A stretch of DNA of 64,000 nucleotides from assembly GCA_965223545.1 (NCBI GenBank), contig OZ245006.1:4992001-5056000 (forward strand), read 5' to 3'. Made by a program: the position numbers and the translations under genes. Below the pieces are notes generated by a model. The model was not told the origin of the DNA, made no database searches, and was given only the letters and a program-made list of their open reading frames with translations. Of this stretch, positions 48,083 through 56,991 are shown piece by piece. The stretch comes from Planctomycetota bacterium (GTDB lineage: Bacteria; Planctomycetota; UBA1135; UBA2386). Every line of letters begins with the position of its first letter. Positions within the stretch are counted from its first letter, which is position 1.

Positions 48083-49381
48083 ATGACCGCCGAAGACACC
48101 GACGCCGCGGGCGCTGGCGTTCGACGGAAGAGCGATGCACCGCCTCTGCTCGGGGTGCGAGTCGCCTACCTCGTCAATCAGTATCCGAAGGTCAGCCACA
48201 GCTTCATCCGCCGCGAGATCCACGCGCTGGAGGCGTTGGGGTGTGACGTGGAGCGCATTTCGGTGCGCCGCGTCGACGAAACCCTCGCCGATCCGGCCGA
48301 TCGCCGCGAAGCGGAGCTCACGCACGTGATCCTGGGTCGTGGCGCGCTACCGCTGCTGCGCGCGGTGGTCGGCACCGCGGTCACGGCGCCCCGCCGTTGG
48401 TTGGCGTCCCTGCGCTTGGCCTGGCGCCTGGGGCGGCGCTCGGACCGCGGCCGGCTGCGGCACCTGGTCTACTTTGCCGAGGCTTGCGTTTGCCTGCCCT
48501 GGCTGCGCGAGGCCGGCGCCCAGCACATCCACGCCCACTTCGGCACCAACTCGGCGATGGTCGCCATGTTGATCCATGCGCTGGGCGGGTCGCGCTACAG
48601 CTTCACGGTGCACGGGCCGGAAGAGTTCGACAAGCCGGAGTTCATCGCGCTCGGCGAGAAGATCCGGCGCGCGGCGTTCACGATCGCGATCAGCGACTTC
48701 GGCAAGAGCCAGCTCTACCGCCAGGTCGAGTACGACCACTGGCGCAAGATCGCCGTGGTGCGTTGCGGTGTCGACCAGCGGTTCCTCGGCGCGCCGGTGG
48801 TGCCGGCTCCGACCGCTCCGCGGTTGGTCTGTGTCGGTCGACTCTGCGAGCAAAAGGGACAATCGCTGTTGGTGGAAGCGGCGGCGCAGCTGGTGGCGGC
48901 GGGGCGCGAGCTCGAGCTGGTGCTGGTCGGCGATGGGCCGATGCGACCGCAGATCGAGGAGCTGATCCAGCGCGCGGGTCTGCGCGGATCGATCCGCATC
49001 ACCGGGTGGTTGGGCGAAGCCGAGGTGCTGCGCGAAATCGTGTCGGCGCGGGCGCTGGTGTTGCCGAGCTTCGCGGAAGGGCTGCCGGTCGTCATCATGG
49101 AAGCGCTGGCGCTCGGGCGGCCGGTGATCGTGACGCGCATCGCCGGCATTCCGGAGCTGGTCGAGGACGGCACCAACGGCTGGTTGGTGACCGCCGGCAG
49201 CGTCGATCAGCTCGTGCATGCCATGGGCGAGGCGCTCGGCGCCAGCCCCGAGTTGCTCGATCGGCTCGGAGCCGCCGGCCGCAAGCGCGTGTTGGCGCAG
49301 CACGACGCCCATGCCGAGGGCGCCAAGCTCGGTGGTCAGATCGCCCGGGCGATCGCCGAGCGGCCACCGGAGGCGCGGTGA
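48083..49381 (+). CDS. GT4 glycosyltransferase (WcaL-like)
   Basis: YPKVSHSFIRREI, HIHAHFG, VGRLCEQKG, EGLPVVIMEALA. Start uncertain (48059 or 48083). Confidence 0.93.
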   Translation: MTAEDTDAAGAGVRRKSDAPPLLGVRVAYLVNQYPKVSHSFIRREIHALEALGCDVERISVRRVDETLADPADRREAELTHVILGRGALPLLRAVVGTAVTAPRRWLASLRLAWRLGRRSDRGRLRHLVYFAEACVCLPWLREAGAQHIHAHFGTNSAMVAMLIHALGGSRYSFTVHGPEEFDKPEFIALGEKIRRAAFTIAISDFGKSQLYRQVEYDHWRKIAVVRCGVDQRFLGAPVVPAPTAPRLVCVGRLCEQKGQSLLVEAAAQLVAAGRELELVLVGDGPMRPQIEELIQRAGLRGSIRITGWLGEAEVLREIVSARALVLPSFAEGLPVVIMEALALGRPVIVTRIAGIPELVEDGTNGWLVTAGSVDQLVHAMGEALGASPELLDRLGAAGRKRVLAQHDAHAEGAKLGGQIARAIAERPPEAR

Positions 49382-49493
49382 TGCCCCGGCTCGAATCGCC
49401 GGTGGTCCGCGGGCGGTTTGCCAACGGCGCGGCGATGGGCATGATGCACCGCCGCCACGGCCGGCCCGGGCCTCGTCCAGTCGTCGGAAGACC

Positions 49494-50831
49494 ATGAACC
49501 CTCGCTCCCAGTACGCCGCCGAGCTGGCAAAGAAGATCGAAGACCGCTCCGCGACGGTGGCCGTCGTGGGCCTCGGCTACGTCGGTCTGCCGTTGGTGCG
49601 CGTGATGCACGCGGCCGGCTTCCAAGTCCTCGGTTTCGACACCGACGTCAAGAAGATCCGCATGCTGGAGCGCGGCGAGGCCTACCTCCAGCACCTGGGC
49701 ACCGATCTCACCCAAGAGCTGGCTGCCTCCGACCGCTTTACGCCGACCGCGCGCGCCGAGGACTTGGCCGCGGCCGACGCGATCATCCTGTGCGTGCCGT
49801 CACCGGTCGGACCGCACAACGAGCCCGACATGACCTACATCGTGTCCTCGACGCGGATGGTTGCCGGTGTCTTGCGGCGCGGCCAGCTGGTGTCGCTGGA
49901 GTCGACGACCTATCCGGGGACGACGCGCGGCGACTGCAAACCGCTGCTGGACGCGACGGGGCTGGAATGCGGGGTCGACTACTTTCTCGCCTTCAGCCCG
50001 GAGCGAGAGGACCCTGGCCGCGAAGGAGTGTCGACGCAGACCATCCCCAAGCTGGTGGGAGGGCTCGACGACGTCAGCGGCGATTTGGCGCACCAGCTCT
50101 ACTCCGCCGCGGTGGCGCAGGCGGTGCGCGTCGAGTCGGCCGAGGTCGCCGAGGCGGCCAAGCTGCTGGAGAACATCTACCGCGCGGTCAACATCGCGCT
50201 GGTCAACGAGCTCAAGCCGGTGCTGCTCAGCATGGGCATCGACATCTGGCGCGTGATCGAGGCGGCGGCGACCAAGCCGTTCGGGTTCCAGCCGTTCTAT
50301 CCCGGGCCCGGCCTCGGCGGCCACTGCATCCCCATCGATCCGTTTTACCTGACGTGGAAGGCGCGCGAGTTCGGTCACCACACTCGGTTCATCGAGCTGG
50401 CGGGTGAGATCAACAGCTCGATGCCCGGCTTCGTCGTGCAACGGACGATGGAGGGACTCAACGAGGTCGGCAAAGCAGTCAAGGGGGCGCGGGTGTTGAT
50501 CTGCGGGGTCGCCTACAAGCCGGACATCGACGATGTGCGCGAGACCCCGGCCGCCGAGATCATCGAGCGCCTCCTGCAGCACGGCGCCGACATCAGCTAC
50601 CACGACCCGCATGTCGCTCGACTCGGTGGAATGCGCAAGTACGACCTGGAGCTCGCATCGGTGCCGTTGACGCCCGAAGCGCTGCGCCAGAGCGACGCGG
50701 TGATCGTCGTCACCAATCACAAGGCCATCGACTGGGCCCTGGTCGCGCGCGAAGCGCCGTTGATCGTCGACACACGCGACGTGCTATCCAAGCTCCCGGA
50801 TCCACCCACCGGCCTGGTCATCAAGGCCTGA
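49494..50831 (+). CDS. Nucleotide-sugar 6-dehydrogenase (WbpA/WecC-like)
   Basis: VVGLGYVG, LESTTYPGTT, FSPEREDPG, KLLEN, GGHCIPIDP, YKPDIDDVRETP. Confidence 0.94.
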   Translation: MNPRSQYAAELAKKIEDRSATVAVVGLGYVGLPLVRVMHAAGFQVLGFDTDVKKIRMLERGEAYLQHLGTDLTQELAASDRFTPTARAEDLAAADAIILCVPSPVGPHNEPDMTYIVSSTRMVAGVLRRGQLVSLESTTYPGTTRGDCKPLLDATGLECGVDYFLAFSPEREDPGREGVSTQTIPKLVGGLDDVSGDLAHQLYSAAVAQAVRVESAEVAEAAKLLENIYRAVNIALVNELKPVLLSMGIDIWRVIEAAATKPFGFQPFYPGPGLGGHCIPIDPFYLTWKAREFGHHTRFIELAGEINSSMPGFVVQRTMEGLNEVGKAVKGARVLICGVAYKPDIDDVRETPAAEIIERLLQHGADISYHDPHVARLGGMRKYDLELASVPLTPEALRQSDAVIVVTNHKAIDWALVAREAPLIVDTRDVLSKLPDPPTGLVIKA

Positions 50832-50862
50832 CGCCCGACGGCAGGTGCAGGTACGGAGCCAG

Positions 50863-51112
50863 TCCTGCCCCGGCAGATTTGTCGGCCCTTCAGGGCAGGA
50901 AACTAGCCGCTGAGGAAGGGGGAGGGGAACGTGTGAGGGGCCCGGCAGCTACGCCCCCAATAGCCACTGGAGCACGTTTGCCCCAGAGCCAGTCTGGGTC
51001 CGAGTTGGCCATCCTTCACTGGTGAGGGGCACGTCGCCGTGCCCACTCCCGCAGGTCAGATTCGTTTGATCGCCGCCTCGGGCCGGGCCCACCACAACAA
51101 TGAGGATGAAGT
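50863..51112 (+). ncRNA. Candidate IS110 bridge RNA region in the 250-bp non-coding left end
   Basis: Contains GAGCCAG (50986-50992, target-left + core) and CAGGTCAG (51052-51059, IS right end + core), plus several hairpins. RNA ends not determined. Confidence 0.55.
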
Positions 51113-52495
51113 ATGGCTGGGAAGAGCAGAACGAGGAAGGGCAAGAAGCCCGCAGCGGAAGTATTGCCAGTCGTGAAGCCCAACGCCGCCGGAATCGACA
51201 TCGGCAGCCGCGAGCACTGGGTGTGCGCAGCAGCACCCGACGGCAGTCGTCCGATCAAGCGATTCGGAACGACGACGCCCCAGCTAGAGGCGCTCGCGGA
51301 CTGGCTGGAGGAGCTCGGAGTGCGATCCGTCGCGATGGAGAGCACCTATGTCTACTGGATTCCCGTCTACGAGCTACTCGAGTCGAGAGGCTTCGAGGTC
51401 ATCCTCGCGAATGCCCGCGAGGTGAAGAACGTGCCGGGCCGCTCCAAGTCCGATGCCAGCGATTGCAGTTGGCTGCAGAAGCTACACACCTATGGCCTCA
51501 TTCGCGCTTCGTTCCGGCCTCCGAAGGACATCTGTGCGTTGCGGACCCTGCAACGCCATGCCGCGTCTTTGATCGCGCAGCGCACGCGCCACACGCAGTT
51601 GATGCAGCGGTCACTGGATCAGATGAACGTGGCGATCCATCGCGCGGTAACGGACATCACCGGCAAGACCGGCCTCGCGATCATCCGCGCGATTCTCGCT
51701 GGTGAACGCGACCCTCGAGCGCTCGCCAGACTGCGTGATCCGCGCTGCAAGATCTCCGAGAAGGAGCTCGCGGATCACTTGCAAGGGACCTGGATCGAGG
51801 AGCACATCTTCACTCTCGCTTCGGGCTTGCGGATGCTCGAGCACACCGACCACGAGATCGAGTCGGTCGAGAAGCGATTGATGGCGATGATCGAGGACCT
51901 GCAACCGGAGGAAGCCAAGACGGCTGACGTCCCCGAGCATCCAGACCCCCGCAAGGAGAGGAGCATCCGAACGAAGGGCGGCCGGGAGCTTCGCGATGCC
52001 CTCTGCCGGCTCGTCGGGTGTGATCTCACGCGAATCGACGGTATCAGCCCGAGCACGGCCATGATCGTGCTCACCGAGGTCGGCTACGACCTCGATGCTT
52101 TCCCGACCGAGAAGCACTTCGTCTCCTGGCTACGCCTGTGCCCACGTCAAGCCGTCTCGGGTGGAAAGCGCATCAAGAAGCACCGCAACAACATCGCGGT
52201 CAGCAGGATCGCCACGGTCCTCCGGATGGCCGCCCTGTCCCTCCAACGTACTCAGACAGCTCTCGGCGCACACTTCCGCAAGATCGCCCGCGCGAAGGAC
52301 GGCAACGTCGCCATCTTTGCCATCGCCCGCAAACTGGCCCTGCTCATCTACCGCATGCTGAAGTTCGGCCAGGACTACGTAGACGAAGGCGCCAAGGCCT
52401 ACGAGGAGCGCTTCACCCAGCGACGCATCGTCGGACTCCGACAGAACGCTAAATCCCTCGGGTACAAGCTCATACCGATCGTCGAGGCTGGGTGA
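51113..52495 (+). CDS. IS110 DEDD recombinase/transposase
   Basis: GIDIGS, VAMEST, KSDASD (DEDD RuvC-like); RIDGIS, SGGK, AIARKLA in the C-terminal domain. Confidence 0.96.
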   Translation: MAGKSRTRKGKKPAAEVLPVVKPNAAGIDIGSREHWVCAAAPDGSRPIKRFGTTTPQLEALADWLEELGVRSVAMESTYVYWIPVYELLESRGFEVILANAREVKNVPGRSKSDASDCSWLQKLHTYGLIRASFRPPKDICALRTLQRHAASLIAQRTRHTQLMQRSLDQMNVAIHRAVTDITGKTGLAIIRAILAGERDPRALARLRDPRCKISEKELADHLQGTWIEEHIFTLASGLRMLEHTDHEIESVEKRLMAMIEDLQPEEAKTADVPEHPDPRKERSIRTKGGRELRDALCRLVGCDLTRIDGISPSTAMIVLTEVGYDLDAFPTEKHFVSWLRLCPRQAVSGGKRIKKHRNNIAVSRIATVLRMAALSLQRTQTALGAHFRKIARAKDGNVAIFAIARKLALLIYRMLKFGQDYVDEGAKAYEERFTQRRIVGLRQNAKSLGYKLIPIVEAG

Positions 52496-52605
52496 GTTTC
52501 AGGTCAGGCTCCGATTCATCACCCGGCCACGGCGCTCGAACGAAGCCAGGCTCCGCCGGGTGATGAATCGGAGCCTGGCTCCGTACCTGCACCTGCCGTC
52601 GGGCG

Positions 52606-53997
52606 TCAGGCGCCGCCGCCGCGGAACACTTCGCGGACGGTCTTGGCCATGATCTTCAAGTCCATCGCCAGCGACCAGCCGTCGATGTACTGCATGTCGA
52701 GTTCCATCCAGCGGTCGAAGCTGATCGCGTTGCGGCCCGACACCTGCCAGATGCAGGTGAGTCCCGGGCGCACGGACAGGCGGCGGCGCTGCCACCAGTC
52801 GTATTGATCGACTTCGGATGGCAAGGGCGGCCGCGGTCCGACGATGCTCATGTCGCCGCGCACGATGTTGATGAGCTGAGGTAGCTCGTCGAGGCTGTAC
52901 TTGCGGATGAAGCGGCCGACGGCGGTGATCCGGGGGTCGTGCTTCATCTTGAACACCGGTCCGGCCTGCTCGTTCTGCGCTGCCAGGCGCGCTTTCAGCT
53001 CTTCGGCGTTGACCACCATCGAGCGGAACTTGATCAGGGTGAAGGGCCGCGCGTGCAGCCCCAGCCGCGTCTGCTTGAAGAAGACCGGCCCCTTGCTGCT
53101 CAGCTTGATGGCGACGGCGATGGCCAAGAGCACCGGGGACAGCAGGGTGAGGCCGACCGAGGCGCCGACCAGGTCGAGCACGCGCTTGACGCCGAGTCGG
53201 TGGCGGTCGCCAAAGCCGGTGTGCACCGTGTAGGTCGGGACATCGCCGGTCGCCGTCACCGAAGTCCGCTCGAGCGGAATGCCGAGGAAATCCGGTGCGA
53301 CCCGGCAGTTCAGGCCGGCAGTCTGCAGGAACTTGAGCACCGATTTGACCTCGGTGGTCCAGACCCCGTCGGACGGGCAGATGAGCACTTCGTCGACGGC
53401 GTGCTCGCGCAGCACTCGCTCGAGATTGGCGACCGGCCCCAGCGGCCGGACGCCGGCCGCGGCGCGCAGGTGGTCCTCGCCGGTGAAGTTGAGCTCACCG
53501 AGGATGACGATGCCGTAGTGGGGGTGCTGCCGGTAGTCGTCCGCGATGCGGCGGGCCGTCGAGCCCCGGCCGACGAACAGCACGTTGCGCGTGTTGTGGC
53601 CGCGGCTGCGCAGCATCAAGAGCGCGCTGCGCAAAGCGATGCGCAGACCGACCATGGCGCCGATGGCGACGATCAGCGCTCGCGTCGGCTCGAGCTGGGC
53701 GGCTCCGCCGAGGACGACGCGCACGAGCACCAGCGACGACAGCGTCAAGAACGCCGTGACGAGCAGGTGCTTGAGTTCGGGGATCCAGGTCGTCGTCCGG
53801 CGGGACGCATACAGATCGAGCTGGACCGCCAGCCAAGTCCAGACCACGCCGGTCAGCATCAGCTCGGCGAGCAGATGCCAGACCCCGGGCAACGGCTGGC
53901 CCGCCGCACAATGGCCCACAACGGCCCCGAGGTACAGCACGACCATGTCGAAGCCGTAGATCAGGCTGGCGAAGGCGCGTCTGTGCTGGAGGAGCAT
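52606..53997 (-). CDS. Polyprenyl-phosphate glycosylphosphotransferase (priming sugar transferase)
   Basis: KRVLDL, KFRSM, DPRIT.VG.FIRKYSLDELPQL.N, GDMSIVGPRP, PGLTCIWQVSGRN. Confidence 0.95.
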   Translation of the reverse strand: MLLQHRRAFASLIYGFDMVVLYLGAVVGHCAAGQPLPGVWHLLAELMLTGVVWTWLAVQLDLYASRRTTTWIPELKHLLVTAFLTLSSLVLVRVVLGGAAQLEPTRALIVAIGAMVGLRIALRSALLMLRSRGHNTRNVLFVGRGSTARRIADDYRQHPHYGIVILGELNFTGEDHLRAAAGVRPLGPVANLERVLREHAVDEVLICPSDGVWTTEVKSVLKFLQTAGLNCRVAPDFLGIPLERTSVTATGDVPTYTVHTGFGDRHRLGVKRVLDLVGASVGLTLLSPVLLAIAVAIKLSSKGPVFFKQTRLGLHARPFTLIKFRSMVVNAEELKARLAAQNEQAGPVFKMKHDPRITAVGRFIRKYSLDELPQLINIVRGDMSIVGPRPPLPSEVDQYDWWQRRRLSVRPGLTCIWQVSGRNAISFDRWMELDMQYIDGWSLAMDLKIMAKTVREVFRGGGA

Positions 53998-54186
53998 CGG
54001 TCGAGGGGATGACGCCGGCGGTCTGCAGGGAATATCGGCAGTTGGCGGCCAAAACGTGATGTCTCGCAACGAGAATCCGCCCCGGCGGGATGCTGCCCAA
54101 GCGCACCGGCGGGTTGCCTCGTGGCCGTCCGCTTTCTAGTTTCGCGCTCCCCCGCGGTGACCCGCTCCGGCACTGTGGCCCGTCCC

Positions 54187-55404
54187 ATGACTCCCACGCC
54201 CAACGGACTGCCCCGCGACGCTGACGCCTCCGGCCGAACCATGGGCGCGGAGGAGCTGGAGCTGCTGGCTCGGGTCATCGACAGCGGTGTGCTCAACGTC
54301 ACGCGCGGTGAGTTCGCCGGGCGTTTCGAGCGGGCGTTCGCCGCGCGGATGGGAGCGCCGCATGCCGTGTGCTGTGCATCCGGATCGGCTGCCGTGCACG
54401 CCGCGGTCGCGGCCCTCGGCCTCGATCTCGGCGACGAGGTCGTGACCACCGCGATCACCGACATGGGCGCGATCATGCCCTTGCTCTACGAGGGCTTGGT
54501 GCCGGCGTTCTGCGACGTCGATCCGGCGACCGGCAACGTCACCGCGGAGACCATCGAACGCGCGCTGACGCCGCGCGCGCGCGCGGTCATCGTCACTCAC
54601 TTGTTCGGCCGTGCGTGTGAGATGGCGCCGATCCTCGAGCTGGCCCGCTCTCGGGACCTGGTCGTGATCGAGGATTGCGCGCAGGCTTATCTCGCCAGTG
54701 ATGCGCGGGGCATGGCCGGCCAGCACGCGCCGTTGGCGGTGTTCAGCCTGCAGCAGTCCAAGCACATCACCACCGGCGAGGGCGGGATCGTGCTCGCTGC
54801 CACCGAAGGCCTGGCGCAGCGTGTGCGCCAGTTCGTCAACAAGGGATGGGGCTACGGGCTGCCACGGCCCGACCACGACTTCCCGGCCCTCAACTACCGC
54901 ATGACCGAGCTGCAGGCGGCGGTGGCCTGCGCGCAGCTGGGCAAGCTCGACACCGTCGTCGCGCGGCGCCGGCAGACGGCGGCGGCGTTCCTGGCCGAAC
55001 TCGATGGCGTGGCCGGACTCGCGCATCCTCCGCTCTCGCCGGGCGCCGCCCACTCCTACTGGCGCATGTCACTGCAGGTCGACCCCGCTCGAGTGGCCGG
55101 CGGTGCGCGCGGCCTCAGCCAACGACTGGCGCAGCGCGGCATCGCCGCGCAGCCGCACTACATCCAAAAGCCCGCCTACCAGTGCCGCGTGTTCCGCGAG
55201 TGGCGACGGTTCGCGGTGACCCGGGCGGTCTACGAGCGCGCCGGTGTCGAGCCGGCACCGCCCGCCGCGATGCGCCGGGGGACCGAGGAGTTCCTCGCCA
55301 GAGTCCTGGTGCTGCCCTGGAACGAGCACTACTCGTCCGACGACGTGCGCCGATTGGCGCACGCCCTGGCGAGCGCGGCCGGTGCTCCGCGGGTCGAGGC
55401 CTGA
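54187..55404 (+). CDS. DegT/DnrJ/EryC1/StrS aminotransferase
   Basis: SGSAA, GDEVVT, IEDCAQA, FSLQQSKHITTGEGG, NYRMTELQAA. Confidence 0.93.
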   Translation: MTPTPNGLPRDADASGRTMGAEELELLARVIDSGVLNVTRGEFAGRFERAFAARMGAPHAVCCASGSAAVHAAVAALGLDLGDEVVTTAITDMGAIMPLLYEGLVPAFCDVDPATGNVTAETIERALTPRARAVIVTHLFGRACEMAPILELARSRDLVVIEDCAQAYLASDARGMAGQHAPLAVFSLQQSKHITTGEGGIVLAATEGLAQRVRQFVNKGWGYGLPRPDHDFPALNYRMTELQAAVACAQLGKLDTVVARRRQTAAAFLAELDGVAGLAHPPLSPGAAHSYWRMSLQVDPARVAGGARGLSQRLAQRGIAAQPHYIQKPAYQCRVFREWRRFAVTRAVYERAGVEPAPPAAMRRGTEEFLARVLVLPWNEHYSSDDVRRLAHALASAAGAPRVEA

Positions 55405-55405
55405 C

Positions 55406-56404
55406 GTGGGCGCCTTGGCGATCGGTGTCGTCGGCGCGGGTGCGGTGGCGCAGGACTACCTGGCGGTCGCCGCGCAGGCCGACGACCTCGACGTGGTCGC
55501 CGTGGTCGACTGCGATCCGCGCGCGGCCGAGGCCGCGGCGGCGCGGTGTGGTGGAGTCGCGCAACCGAGCGTCGGCGCGATGCTCTCGGCCGGCGGGGTC
55601 GATGCGGCGTTGGTGCTGACGCCGCCGGCCACGCACGAGCCGCTCGCGTTGGAGCTGCTCGCCGCCGGCCTGCCGGTGCTCTGTGAGAAGCCGATCGCCA
55701 CCTCGTCTGCGTCGGCGGCGCGGATGTTCCAGGCGGCCTCGCGCGCCGGCGTGGCGCTGATGATGGCTTCCAAGTTCCGCTACGTGCCCGACATGCAGGC
55801 CGCGCGGGCGATGGTCGCGCGCGGCGATCTCGGCGACATCGTGCTGCTCGACAACGCGTTCTGCGCGCCCGTCGACATGGTGGGCCGGTGGAACTCCGAC
55901 CACGCGGTGGCTGGCGGCGGCGTGCTGATCGACAACGGCTGCCACGCGGTCGACATCGTGCGCTTCCTGCTCGGCCCGCTGGTGCGCATTTGGGGTCACT
56001 TCGGGCGGCGCACGACGCGGATCGACGTGGAGGACACCGTCCGACTGGTGATCGAGACCGCTGGCTCGGCGGTGGCGCAAGTCGATCTGTCCTGGGCCGT
56101 CGACAAGGGCAACGACTACTACGTCGGGTTGCAGGGCACCCGGGCGACGCTGCAGCTTGGTTGGGCGGGCTCGCGCTGGCGGGCGCACGGCGAGCGCGCG
56201 TGGCGTGAGTTCGGCGACGGCTATGACAAGCGGTCCGCGTTTGCCGCACAGCTGCGCAACTTTGCCGCCGTCATCCGCGGCGAGGAGGCGCCGCTGGTCA
56301 CCGCCCAAGACGCGGTGGAGTCGCTACGGGCGATCGAGGCAGCCTATCGGTCCGCGCGCACCGGCCGCTGGGTTCCGCTGCACACCTCCACCGGGAGCAG
56401 CTGA
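55406..56404 (+). CDS. Gfo/Idh/MocA oxidoreductase (WbpB-like)
   Basis: GVVGAGAV, TPPATH, VLCEKP, GGGVLIDNGCH; GTG start right after the previous stop. Confidence 0.9.
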   Translation: MGALAIGVVGAGAVAQDYLAVAAQADDLDVVAVVDCDPRAAEAAAARCGGVAQPSVGAMLSAGGVDAALVLTPPATHEPLALELLAAGLPVLCEKPIATSSASAARMFQAASRAGVALMMASKFRYVPDMQAARAMVARGDLGDIVLLDNAFCAPVDMVGRWNSDHAVAGGGVLIDNGCHAVDIVRFLLGPLVRIWGHFGRRTTRIDVEDTVRLVIETAGSAVAQVDLSWAVDKGNDYYVGLQGTRATLQLGWAGSRWRAHGERAWREFGDGYDKRSAFAAQLRNFAAVIRGEEAPLVTAQDAVESLRAIEAAYRSARTGRWVPLHTSTGSS

Positions 56405-56405
56405 T

Positions 56406-56942
56406 ATGAGCGGTGATTCCACACCCGGCGCCGTGGTGCATCCAACCGCGTTGGTCGAAGACGATGTCGAGCTGGGGCCGGGCACCGTAGTTTGGGACGG
56501 CGTGCACATCCGTCGCGGCGCGCGCGTCGGCCGAGACTGCATCATCGGCGAGAAGACCTACCTCGCCTACGACGTGCGCGTCGGGGACCTGGTCAAGATC
56601 AACGCCCACGTCTACGTCTGCGCGGGCGTCACCATCGAGGACGGAGTGCTGATCGCGGCGCACGTCGTGTTCACCAACGACCGCGCGCCGCGCGCCACCG
56701 ACGTCGACCTGAAGCGGCTGCTGCCATCGACGCCCGGCGACCACACCGAGCGGACGCGCGTCGGCCGCGGTGCCTCGATCGGCGCCAACGCGACCATCGG
56801 ACCGGGCGTCGCCATCGGCGCGTTCGCCATGGTGGGCATGGGTGCCGTGGTCACCAAAGACGTGCCGCCGCACGGCCTGGTCATCGGCAACCCGGCCCGA
56901 CTGGTCGGCCAGGTCGCCCGCGATGGCACCCGAGTCCCATAA
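56406..56942 (+). CDS. Hexapeptide-repeat N-acetyltransferase (WbpD-like)
   Basis: VHPTALVE, VFTND..PR, GASIGANATI, VTKDVP...GNPAR. Confidence 0.92.
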   Translation: MSGDSTPGAVVHPTALVEDDVELGPGTVVWDGVHIRRGARVGRDCIIGEKTYLAYDVRVGDLVKINAHVYVCAGVTIEDGVLIAAHVVFTNDRAPRATDVDLKRLLPSTPGDHTERTRVGRGASIGANATIGPGVAIGAFAMVGMGAVVTKDVPPHGLVIGNPARLVGQVARDGTRVP

Positions 56943-56957
56943 CACGCGATAACGAAC

Positions 56958-56984
56958 GTACGGAGCCAGGCTCCGATTCATCAC
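56958..56984 (+). repeat. Single type-B REP-like unit
   Basis: GTACGGAGCCAGGCTCCGATTCATCAC, identical to the core at 46498-46524, between convergent genes. Confidence 0.9.
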
Positions 56985-56991
56985 GTCGCCG

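Larger units (their letters stand above)
50863..52507 (+). mobile_element. IS110-family element (1645 bp incl. one CAG core) inserted in a REP-like unit
   Basis: Left junction GTACGGAGC-CAG|TCCTG, right junction CAGGT-CAG|GCTCCGATTC. Removal restores the intact repeat seen at 46498 and 56958. No terminal IRs. Confidence 0.92.
50826..52611. repeat. Long REP-based inverted repeat (57-bp arms) interrupted by IS110
   Basis: Left arm = 50826-50862 + 52508-52527; right arm = 52555-52611; perfect complement once the IS is removed. Confidence 0.9.

Noticed and set aside
22158..56984. Repeats as a CRISPR array or integron attC sites
   Set aside because: Copies are dispersed, in both orientations, without regular spacers; no cas or integrase gene is present.
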